A DNA stretch of 64,000 nt from assembly GCF_001194135.2 (NCBI RefSeq), contig NC_068991.1, positions 60,534,832 through 60,598,831 of the forward strand, given 5' to 3'. A program made the translations under genes and the position numbers. Within the stretch, counting starts at the first letter, position 1. Every line of letters starts with the position of its first letter. This document shows, one piece after another, positions 44,116 to 56,300 of this stretch. The stretch comes from Octopus bimaculoides. Its lineage: Eukaryota. The notes beneath the pieces were generated by a model. It saw nothing but the letters and a program-made list of their open reading frames with translations, was not told where the DNA came from and searched no databases.

Positions 44116-46747
44116 CTGAAAACAGAGAAGGGAAAAAGAAACATTAAAAGTCAAATTCTGCCAAAATACTGAAAAAATAGACTTGTCAGAAGTAAATGTT
44201 TTTTTATTGTCGTCAATTATAAAATTGAAGATGCAAAAAGAATATGGCATTGCAATGTCCAAGCTGCTAAAGGGTTGGTCTTTTAGCTAGATTGCTCAAA
44301 GCAACACATGGATGGAGAATGAAGAATTATCTCTTATGTTTTACTTGTTTCAGTCATTGGATTGTGGTTATGCTGGAGCACTGTCTTCAGGGTTTAGTTG
44401 AACAAATCCATCCAGTACAACAGTAATCCCTCAACTATCACGGGTATTACATTCCAAAATTCCCAGCGAAAGGTGAAAATCCGTGAAGTAGAAACAGTAC
44501 TGTACTGTATATTTTTTAAAATCATTTTTATAATTTGTATATATTTATTTTATTATAAATGCAAAACAACACCGCGGAGGAATCAATATAAGCTTAAATG
44601 ATAAACTGTGATAGGTGAACCACAATATGCTAAGTTACAAACCAATGTCAATGGTCAAGCACACATTTATATATACATACATCATCATTATCATAATTTA
44701 ATGTCCATCTTCCATGCTGGCATGGGTTGGATGGTCTGACAGCAGCTGGTAAGCTAAAGGACTGTGCCAAGCTCTGCTATCTGTTCTGGCATAGATTTTA
44801 TGGCTAGATGCCCTTCCTGATGCCAACCACTTTACAGTGCATTTTATGTGGTACCAGCACATATGTGTGTGTATGTATGTGGCAATGACAAACAACCGAG
44901 ACCTTTGGAGATAGGCTGTGCTTGAGAAGACCTGGCAAGCCAAGTGAGATCGTAGCTGTGGCCCATGCCAGTGTTGCATAACCAGACCATTTAAGAGTTT
45001 CCTTCAATTGTTGGGCAATGTGCTGTGCTTGAGAAAACATGTTGAGTCAAGTGAAATTGTTGTTGTGACCGATGCCAGTACTGCCTGACTGGCACCCGTG
45101 CCGGTGACTCGTAGAAAGCACCTTTGAGCGTGGTTAATGCTAGTGCTGCCTGATTGGCCCCATGCTGATGTCATGTAAAAAGCACTCACTACACTCTCAA
45201 AGTGGTAGGCGTTAGGAAGGGCATCCAGCTGTAGAAACCTTGCCAGATCAGATTGGAGCCTGGTGTAGCCTCCTGCTTGCCAATCCTCAGTCAAACCGTC
45301 CGACCCATGCCAGCATGGAAAGTGGACGTTAAACAATGATGATGATGATGATGATAATTTATACACACACACACACACATAGATGACAGGCTTCCACACA
45401 GTTTCTGTCTATTCATTCATATGATACCTTCTGTCATATTCATTCACAAAGCATTGGTTGGCTAATTTGATATAGTAGACACTTGCCCAAGATTTCATCC
45501 ACATGGTTGCAAAGCAACCTTCTTGACCACACAGCCATACCTGTGCCGTGCCTATATCCAGAAAAATTTTAAACTTGCTTCAGTCTTAAGCACTGAATGT
45601 CTCCCTGTCATCTCTTGGACTGTAAACCACAGTATTTGAGCAAACATCTGCCAATAAGGACATGACAGCCTAGTTTCTTTCAAAAAACACACAAAGAACA
45701 ATCTAATGCCACACTCTCCCACATGTGAACACAACAAAAACACCTGCAAAAGTTATAAAAAACTAGATAGATAATCTTAAATACAACATTGTCATATTTG
45801 CATCACAAAAACCAAGATGCCACTTCAGCCTGATTAGTTACTAAGCCTATAACAAAGCTCAAAAAGAGTAAATCAGCACAAAAATACAACAGTAAATTTG
45901 TAACATAAGGTAACATTGCTGTTACCTACAGTGACTACCACCACCACTGCCACCACCAAGTCAAGTTTAGTTTTCCATGCTAACATAGTTTAGTTGGATT
46001 CAGCACAGAATCTCATCACTTGTTGCATTCTTTCATGTTCTCCTTTGTGAGTCTCAGCTTCCTGATTTCAAACCTCACCACTTCCAATGATTGATTAACA
46101 ATACATTAATGTGCATGTGTGTCAGTATGTGTGTGTGTGTGTGTGTCTGTGTGTGTGTGTGTGTGCGTGTAGTTGTATTTTTGCATTTGCTTGTCTTGAC
46201 ATCACGTGGTGGTTGTATTAATGATGATCAGCACCATACAAGTGATGCTGCTCGATTCTAGTCTATGTAAAATGTATCTGGCCATGGGGAAATATTACCT
46301 TGTTCCTTGTTTGGAAACAGCAAGGGCATGTGATCACAGAAAATCTGCCATAACAAATTTTGTGTGACCCATGCAAACATGGAAAAGCAGACGTTAAATA
46401 ATGACATAGATGATGGTGATGGAATATAGAAAAATCTTTCACCTCTAAAAATGATAGTTTGAAAAAACATATAATCTTATAGCAAATTTGTATTGGTTAA
46501 GCAGATCAATGGAAATGTCATTGTTATCATCATCATCATCATCATCGTCATTTTAACACCCAGTTTTCCATGCTTGTATGGGTTAGATGGAGTTTATTGA
46601 GGCAGATTTAGGGTTAGTCCTGTCACTAACTCTCAACTGCTTTCAAGAAAGATAACATTTCCACATGGACAGATGCGAATGACACTACTTATATGATAGT
46701 GACTCTCATTTACAACTATTATGCAATGTCTAGACAAGGAGAGAGTA

Positions 46748-46781
<34 letters not shown>

Positions 46782-47283
46782 GCATATGTAACAGGCTTTT
46801 GTCAGATTCCATCTAACAAATCCATTCACAAGGCTTTGGTTAGCCTGAGGCTACAGTAGAAAACACTTGTCCAAGGTGCAACACAGTGGAACTGAACCTG
46901 GAACCAAGTGATTGGAAAGCAAACTTCTTAACCTCAGTGACGTCTGTGCCTTTGTCAAGGGTAAACAACTAATATGTGCTGATGCAATTTCTGACTCTGA
47001 ATTGACTAAATCACTGTAGATTTCTTTATCTGACAAATCTCTTAAAACTGAAAAACAAAACAATAAGGCTGGCTTCAATAAGCAATATTATTGTCAATTA
47101 GTTACAGATACTTACTTCAAGCAACCATACTATTTCCACTTCATACTTGTGTGCCACTAAAGAAATTACTTCAGAGGTTGCATTTGAACCAAGACGTCCA
47201 ACACGCCCAACACGGTGGATGTAATCAGAGACGAAATGAGGGAAATCATAGTTCATAACGGTTTGCACCTAGACACAGAAAAA

Positions 47284-47324
<41 letters not shown>

Positions 47325-50300
47325 NNNNNNNNNNNNNNNNNNNNNNNNNNNNNNNNNNNNNNNNNNNNNNNNNNNNNNNNNNNNNNNNNNNNNNNNNNNN
47401 NNNNNNNNNNNNNNNNNNNNNNNNNNNNNNNNNNNNNNNNNNNNNNNNNNNNNNNNNNNNNNNNNNNNNNNNNNNNNNNNNNNNNNNNNNNNNNNNNNNN
47501 NNNNNNNNNNNNNNNNNNNNNNNNNNNNNNNNNNNNNNNNNNNNNNNNNNNNNNNNNNNNNNNNNNNNNNNNNNNNNNNNNNNNNNNNNNNNNNNNNNNN
47601 NNNNNNNNNNNNNNNNNNNNNNNNNNNNNNNNNNNNNNNNNNNNNNNNNNNNNNNNNNNNNNNNNNNNNNNNNNNNNNNNNNNNNNNNNNNNNNNNNNNN
47701 NNNNNNNNNNNNNNNNNNNNNNNNNNNNNNNNNNNNNNNNNNNNNNNNNNNNNNNNNNNNNNNNNNNNNNNNNNNNNNNNNNNNNNNNNNNNNNNNNNNN
47801 NNNNNNNNNNNNNNNNNNNNNNNNNNNNNNNNNNNNNNNNNNNNNNNNNNNNNNNNNNNNNNNNNNNNNNNNNNNNNNNNNNNNNNNNNNNNNNNNNNNN
47901 NNNNNNNNNNNNNNNNNNNNNNNNNNNNNNNNNNNNNNNNNNNNNNNNNNNNNNNNNNNNNNNNNNNNNNCATTTTGGACATTAGAGTCCTTCATCAGGA
48001 AAAAGAAAGGAAGAAAGGTAGTGGAAAAGAGAGAAGAAAAAAAAGAGAGGGTTAGGGGGCCAGGAAATGTGGGTCTATGAGAAAGAGTTAAAAAGAGAGA
48101 AAGAGGCATGTTTTGTTCATATATAAAAGAGGACCAGTGTAAGGAGATGGACATTATTAGTATTTCAATTCAATGAACCCCATAGCTTCATTACTTTGGT
48201 TATTTTGCAACAACTAGATGCCTTTTCTTTTATCAACAAGTGGAGCAGATTGGATGTATCAGGTCATCCCATAAGTTCTGCTCTCCAACATGGGTACACC
48301 TTACTGCAGTATGTGCAACCACATAGATTTTCAATAGGTTTCTTTAAGACTGCCCACCTTCAATGATTTATAAGCAACAACTTAATATTTTAAAAAACAA
48401 ATGGTATATAAGCTACTCACAGAACCACACATCTTGGGGAAGCAAACAATAGTTGATTATATCAACCACATCATCATCATCATCATCATTTAACATCTGT
48501 TTTCCATGGGTTGGATGGTTTGACAGGAGCTGGCAAGCCAAAAGAGTGAACTGAGCTCTACTGTCTGTTTCCAAATGCCAATCACTTTACAGAGTGTATT
48601 GGGTGCTTTCAATGAGGCACTGGCACCAATGAGGTCAACAAATAACTCACAAGACAAGATCCCGCAACAGAGTGGGGAGTTGTATTGAGGGACGTGGCTT
48701 TATGCCAGGGGATGAAAGATTAAAGTATGATAGAGAACAGGAACAGGTGTCTTGCCATAGGAGAGATACACACCTGCCCCAGTTGAAAGAGAAAGTAGAT
48801 GGTGGTGAGGATGTGTCAGGGTGTATCTTCAAGTTACAAGAAGCTCAATAAAAGAGAAGTATAGTAGAATATTTTGTTTTATCCATTCCATAAGGAGGAA
48901 TGGCATAACTGACCTCAGTGGGATTTGAACTCTGAACATAACTGATTAAGTGAAGTACCACAAGGCATTTTCTCCATCACTCTACCAATTCACTTAATTG
49001 TTTCCTTGTTTAATTCCATTATAATTCCAGCATACTTACATGTGTTGTATCCAAACCTCTGGAAGCAATGTCTGTAGAGACTAGAATACGGAATTCTTGA
49101 TTCATAAATTTCTCATAAATATCTTTCCTTTCCTGAAAAGGAAAACATTTTTTTATTAAACTGACAAACATAAATTCATCATCATCATAAAAAAAAAACA
49201 ATGTAGTTATAAAATGGCAAAATGTGTCATGCTTCATTTTACAAAACATATACAGGATAATAAAACTGTAGGTAAGTTCCATACAAAACATAATCCCTTA
49301 AAAGTTGGTTCATAGCTGATTCTTGTTCAATGAATTAATATATTACAGGCATATTACAGGTATGTGATTAAGGAATCCACTTGGTAATTGCATGGTTTGA
49401 GGTTTTCTCCTACTATGCAGCATTTTGGTCAAGTGTCTTCTATAGTTTCAGGTTAACCAATACTTTGTGAGTGAATTTATAGACAAAAACTGTGCAGAAG
49501 CCTGTCATGTGTGTGTGTGTGTGTGTGCGCACACATGCGTGTGTATGTATGTATGTGTGTGAGTTACATCCTTGTAACTTAGCAGTTTGGCAAAGAGAAA
49601 CTGACAGAATAAGAACTCAACATAACATAGTACTGGATTGATTTAATCAACTATATCCTTTAAAGCTGTACCCCAGCATGGCCATAGTCTAATGACTGAG
49701 GCATAATCACATAATTAAGAGCCATGCTATACGATGCTTGCTGGATGCTTCAGTTTGATGTTAATATAGGCCAGAAAAGTATATTTGATATCACTCTTGT
49801 TCTTTCCCTTATTACTTGAAGGAATAGAATAAGCATAGTGTATATTGTAAAATATTGCTTTTTACTGTTTAACCCATTTATTACCATATTTCTGTTAAAA
49901 TACACTGCCTGAAGGATAATGAAGAATTTAATGAAATAACTATTGTTATTCTTAAGATGGTGATTTGGATACATCATGAAATTTTGATGTTAAGTTTAAA
50001 TTTAGTTCACTTTCCAAGAAGTTTGTATCAAAGAACCAGGAGCAATCCCCGGTGGGTTGGTAATCAAAAAGAATAACCCATTAGCATTCAGACTTTTCTG
50101 TTGAATGTAATGCTTATCGCCTTACTGGCACTTGTGCTGGTGGCACATTAGAAAATCATTTGACCGAGGTCGTTGCCAGTGCCGCTGGACTGTCTCCTGT
50201 GCAGGTGGCACGTAAAAAACACCATTTTGAGCGTGGCCATTGCCAGTATCGCGTGACTGGCCCTCGTGCCAGTGGCACGTAAAAGCATCCACTACACTCT

Positions 50301-53300
50301 CAGAGTGGTTGGCGTTAGGAAGGGTATCCAGCTGTAGAAACTCTGCCAGATCAGATTGGAGCCTGGTGCAGCCATCCGGTTCACTAGTCCTCAGTCAAAT
50401 CGTGTAACCCATGCTAGCATGGAAAGCGGACGTTAAACAATGAAGATGATGAGGATGATTGTTTGAATTAACCATCATTAACTTGTATCCTCAAGATTTT
50501 AATGATGTGATTGCCTATTTTTAGAACACCGGTGGAGGGTAGGTGTGAGAAACCAGATTTAACCAGTTGTGACAGACTGGGGTCCTGTTAAGAAGGTATG
50601 TTGTGATCTTGATCACATATACACTATGGAACCCACATACTCAAGACTGTAAATGACCAGGGGTTGATGAGATGAATAAGTAAATGTGTAAATTTGTGAA
50701 AACAACCTTACGTTTCAGTATGACAAACAAAATGGAAAGTAACAAAATAAAAGACACAGAAAAGTATTAAAATAGGTAAAGAGTTTAATTATTCAAGGCG
50801 TAGGAGTGGCTGTGTGGTAAGTAGCTTGCTTACGAACCACATGGTTCCGGGTTCAGTCCTACTGCATGGCGCCTTGGGCAAGTGTCTTCTAGTATAGCCT
50901 TGGGCCAACCAAAGCCATGTGAGTGGATTTGGTAGACGGAAACCGAAAGAAGCCCGTCGTATATATGTATGTGTGTATATGTTTGTGTGTTTGTGCCCCC
51001 AAGATCGCTTGACAACCGATGCTGATGTGTTTACGTCCCCATAACTTAGCGGTTCAGCAAAACAGACCAATAGAATAAGTACTAGGCTTACAAAGAATAA
51101 GTACTAGGCTTACAAAGAATAAGTCCTGGGGTCAATTTCCTTGACTAAAGGCGGTGCTCCAGCATGGCCACAGTCAAATGACTGAAACAAGTAAAAGAGT
51201 AAAAGAGAGTAAATCACACTAACCTCAGCAAAGACGTTTCCATTAAACAGAGCAGCTGATACACCATTTTCCTCTAAGAACTTGTATAACCAATAACTGC
51301 TAGAATTGTCCTTGCAAAATAACATCACCGAAGACATCTTATTCTTTTTGGCAAACTTCAATACAAAACCTGAAAGCAAAATCTTCTTCATTATTATTTA
51401 ATCTTCTCACATTTCATAACAGAATAATAATTTGTTTCATATACAAATGCAGATGCAGGCGTAGTTGTGCAGTTAAGAAAGTTGATTCTCAGCCATGTGG
51501 CCTTTGGTTCAGTCCCACTATGCGACACTTTGGGCAAGTGTCTTCTACTATAGCCTTGTGCTGACCAAAGCCTTGTGAGTGGATTTGGTAGAGGGAAACT
51601 GAAAGAAGGTAAATAGTAAATCTCAAAAAACGAAGAACAAACACAAGAAAAAACAACAATGCGAGGACTACTAATACTCTGCATGTATCATGTCCTCGTG
51701 TTGTTTTTTTCTTGTGTTTGTTCTTTCGTTTTTTGGGGGATTTACTATATATACATACACACATGTTATGCATGTATATGTATGTGTGTATTTGTATCTC
51801 CTTTTCCTGACATAACATGATGGTTGTAAATGAGTGTCATTGTCATACAAGCAGTGTCATTCATTTCCAATACTACAGCGGTAGAAACCAAGCCAGTTCC
51901 TGTCAAACCGTCCAACCCATGCCAGCATGGAAAGTAGATGTTAAATGATGATGATAACAAGAGTCTGTAGAAGCACATAACCCATGGAATAAAAAGTTAA
52001 TGTGTAAACATTTAAGAAAAAGAATGAAAATCAACAAAGTATAAGAAAAAAAATCATTAGTTAAGGCATCAAATGTCACAGAAAAACTTATGAAGATCAA
52101 ACAGCTTCCCTTAATGATGAATATTCATTAGAATTACTTACCTGGTTTTTCAGAAGGTAAAAGTCTGACAAATTTCTGCTTGATGTGAGGTGGAATATGA
52201 TGCAAATATTCTGTAGTCACTTTGGTAAAGGTGTCTAGCTGTAAAATAACAAGTAGAGTTGTAAGGGAAAGTTGGGGAATCATATGACTGAGACAGCATA
52301 ATAGACTTTATCCTTAAACAGAATAAAATGGGGTCAAACAACTAACAAAACATTTGGTAATTTTGCAGTGTGCCTACTGTTTGCAGAAGAAAGTACTACT
52401 GTGTGGTAGCCACATACAGAGACAAAATGTACCACTTTTGTACTTATTCATTACATAGGTGAGATATACCAGTCTATGGTACTTAGTTTAGAAGATTAGA
52501 TGTGCCAACTTAGTGATATCTAACTGCAATGAAATAAATGGAGATTTAGATGACATTGATAGAATATGTGCACACACACACACGCATGCAATGGATTTGA
52601 GGGAGAATGGTAGAATGGAAAAGAGAGAAGGGGAGAGAGAAGGAATAGGAAGATTGGGGAAAAGAAGAAGAGGAACAGAGAAAGGAGAAAAATAGAGGAC
52701 ATGGAAGAGAGAGAAGGAAGGTAGCTTTTTAGATGTGGAAGAAAAGACTGATCTCATGGCCTGTGCAAGGGCTATGACCCAGTGAGGTTCTTGTGGCTTA
52801 TGTTCATCTTGAATAAGTTGCAAACTGATGACTGCAGAGAAAGAGTTCCAAAGGGCCGATATTCTGGGAAGGAAGAATTGGAAATAATGGATAGTGTGGA
52901 GCCTGGAAATGGGGTGGGGGACTATATAGTGGATGAGAGAAGGGATAAGAAGGTAGTACCAGAGTAACAACAACATGAAACCAACCAGAATCAAGAAGAA
53001 TCCATTGTAGTAAAAGTAATACAAGAAAGCAAAACTTACTGGGATAATGTTACCAATCTTTGCATCCAAACTTGTTGGTAATGTTGCACCTGCAAGAATT
53101 ATTTGAGTGCCACTCACTGAAATAGCTGCATGTTCAGAAGAAGACGAAGAAGAAGAAGCAGCAGCACTGAGATCTGCAGGTGACATGGTTTTGATGTGTG
53201 CCTGTAATATAAAGGAACAAATCGAGACAAGACAATCAGATGTATAGCAACAAATTGAAACAGAAAACAGTTAGCAGAAAACAGTATTAAATTAAGACAG

Positions 53301-56300
53301 CCATCTATATATCATACTTAATGTATATATATACATATATATATATATACACACACACACAGTTGAGAGGCAAAATATTGCAGTTTTTGTCTAAGATAAA
53401 ATCTCTTAGAGATGTGTCGTGTTTAAAAACATAATATATAGAGAATGGAAATGAAACGTCATCCTCAAACGAAATCTGTCACCTCTAACATAGGAAAGAT
53501 TGAATAGTATATTCACTGATATTGCAAATAGATGCTGGGCTGAATAAAAACCCAATGTATACAAATGAAGCAACATTAAATTAAAATAGCCATCTATGTA
53601 TCATAGTCAATGCACATACACCACTGACAAGCAAGATACTGCAGTTTTCAATTGCATAAACCAATGGCTATTTGCAATATTGATGAAAATATTACTCACG
53701 GTTTCCTACACCAAAGGTGTGAAGGCATGTGGTTTAGTGATTAGGGATATTTGGCTTATAGTTGCAAGGTCATGAGTTTGATCCTTGAGCAAGACACTTC
53801 ATTTCATGTTACTTCAATCCACTCAACTGGAAAAATGAGCAGTACTTGTATTTCAAAGGGCCAGACTTGTCATATTCTCCCCGAGAACTATGTTAAAGAC
53901 TGTAGAGTGCTCAGTCACTTGCACATTAACTTCATGAGCAGGCTGTTCCAGTGATTGGATCAACTGAAACACATATTGTCATAAATGAGTGCCAGTAATA
54001 TCAAAGGTGATAGACTTCATCTAAGCCTGTGACTGCAAGACAAGGCCCAAGAAAGCCAAAATGCAACTGGTCTTCTTGGTAGTAGGTAGCAGGATGATTT
54101 TTCATCTCTCTCTGATGTATATTAAGTATAATTCATATATATGGAAGCGCATAGCTTAATGGTTAGGGTGTTGGACTCGTGATCCTGGGATTGTGGTTTC
54201 AGTTCCTGGACTGGGTGATGCGTTGTGTTCTTCAGCAAAACACTTCATTTCACATTGCTCCAGTCCATTCACCTACCAAAAATGAGTATTCCTGTGATGG
54301 GCAGGCATCCAGCCTAGTAGGGAAATACACTGAAGACTCTCTCTCAATATATATATGTGTATGCGTGCAAGTTTCTATTTCCCAAATTACACAAAGTTCC
54401 ACACAACAGGATCATATGATTGCAAAGTGAAATCCTAAATGACTCCACTGACAGTACATTGGTGCACCAATTTCTACAGAAAGTAAATACATAAGAGACT
54501 AAATACATACTTTCATGTGATTAAGGATGCTGACAATATCAGACTGGAAGCTGTCATCCAATAATGTATCTGCTTCATCTAATACCAGCTGCATGAGGTT
54601 ATGGAACTTTATCCTGTCTGAAAATGGCAATATTAGAAAGAGTTTCATTGTGACTGGTGAATGTTGGTGATGGCGGTAATAACAATAATAATGATGATGA
54701 TGGTGATGGTGGTAGTGGTGATGGTGAGATGATGATGATGATGATGATTATTGTCATCATCATCGTTTAACGTCCGCTTTCCATGCTAGCATGGGTTGGA
54801 CGATTTCACTGAGGACTGGCAAGCCAGGAGGCTGCACCAGGCTCCAATCTGATCTGGCAGAGTTTCTACAGCTGGATGCCCTTCCTAACACCAACCACTC
54901 CGAGAGTGTAGAGGGTGCTTTTACGTGCCACATAATATGTACAGAATGTTTAGAGTAGTTAGGGTGGAGAATGACAGTATGTGCATGTTGTGAGGGGTGT
55001 CGTGTAACAGTGTGGGTTTTAGTGCAGATATGTTGTAGTGGATGTAGTGTGACGGTGTAGGTATGTTGTGTAAGATAATAGTGCATGAGACAGTGCAAGC
55101 ACGCAGAGTAGGAAGTAGTGTGTGGCAGTGAGGTTTGTAAAGTGGTGTGTATTGTGTGACAATCACGGGTACAAAGAATTGGGTGAAGTATGTAGAAGTG
55201 TGAGAATGTAATGTGACCCTCTGAAGGTGTCGGGTGGAAATGTTGTTTAATAATGTGGGTTCTAGTGTGATAGTGCGGGTATGATGAAGATTCTGATGTT
55301 CAGGTTAAGGTAGTGATTGTAGCTTAGAGGGATTAAGATAAATTTGGTTAGTGCGGTGTAGATACGTTTCTTCATGATTTATTAAAAGACAGTTGCTAGA
55401 AACATCAATCCCAATACTTACTTTTTGCCAACATTGCTTTCAAAGCTCCAGATGTTGTTACTAGAATGTCCATATTATTATTCAACACCAACTTTTCCTA
55501 ATATTAGATACAGAGAAAGAAATAACAATAATAATAATAATAAAAATATTGAGACAAATACATAACAAAAACACCAGGACTAAGAAGTATATGTAACATA
55601 CTAGGCACCGGACACATCCTACATAAAACACTTTCAATACAGTGAAAATAAGAGCATCACAACAAACCACACCCAAGGCACACAGAGCTGCGCTCGGTAG
55701 TGCAGTGAAAGTATGTGACAAAAATAAGACTACTGAATCATCATCATCATCGTTTAACGTCTGCTTTCCATGCTAGCATGGGTTGGACGATTTGACTGAG
55801 GACTGGCAAACCAGATGGCTGCACCAGGCTCCAATCTGATCTGGCAGAGTTTCTACAGCTGGATGCCCTTCCTAACGCCAACCACTCCGAGAGTGTAGTG
55901 GGTGCTTTTACGTGCCAGTCTGGCGGTACTGGCAACGGCCACGCTCAAAATGGTATTTTTTACGTGCCACATGCACAGGAGTCAGTCCAGCGGCACTGGC
56001 AACGGCCTCGCTTGAATGGTTTGTTCATGTGCTACCGGCACAAGTGCCAGTAAGGCGACGCTGGTAACGATCATGCTAAAATTGTGCTTTTTACGAGCCA
56101 CTGGCACGGAAGCCAGACAGCTGCTCTGGCAGTGATCCCACTCGGATGGTGCTCAATAATAATAATAGTTTTAAATCTTGTCACAAGGGCAGTCATTTTG
56201 TGGGAGAGGATGAGTCAATTCCATCAACCCCAGTGTTCAACTGGTACTTGTTTTATCAACTCACAATGGATGAAAGGTAAAATTGACCTGAGCAGAATTT

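Noticed and set aside
51070-51125. 22-bp tandem duplication (gaataagtactaggcttacaaa) in a family A SINE
   Set aside because: Simple slippage in one copy; it is not a spacer-repeat array and has no CRISPR-like organisation.
52488-53039. Extension of the 232-aa ORF beyond the DDX28 donor at 53040
   Set aside because: Runs through a pyrimidine-rich old retroelement remnant that lacks stops by composition; the strong donor and in-phase next exon explain the real CDS.
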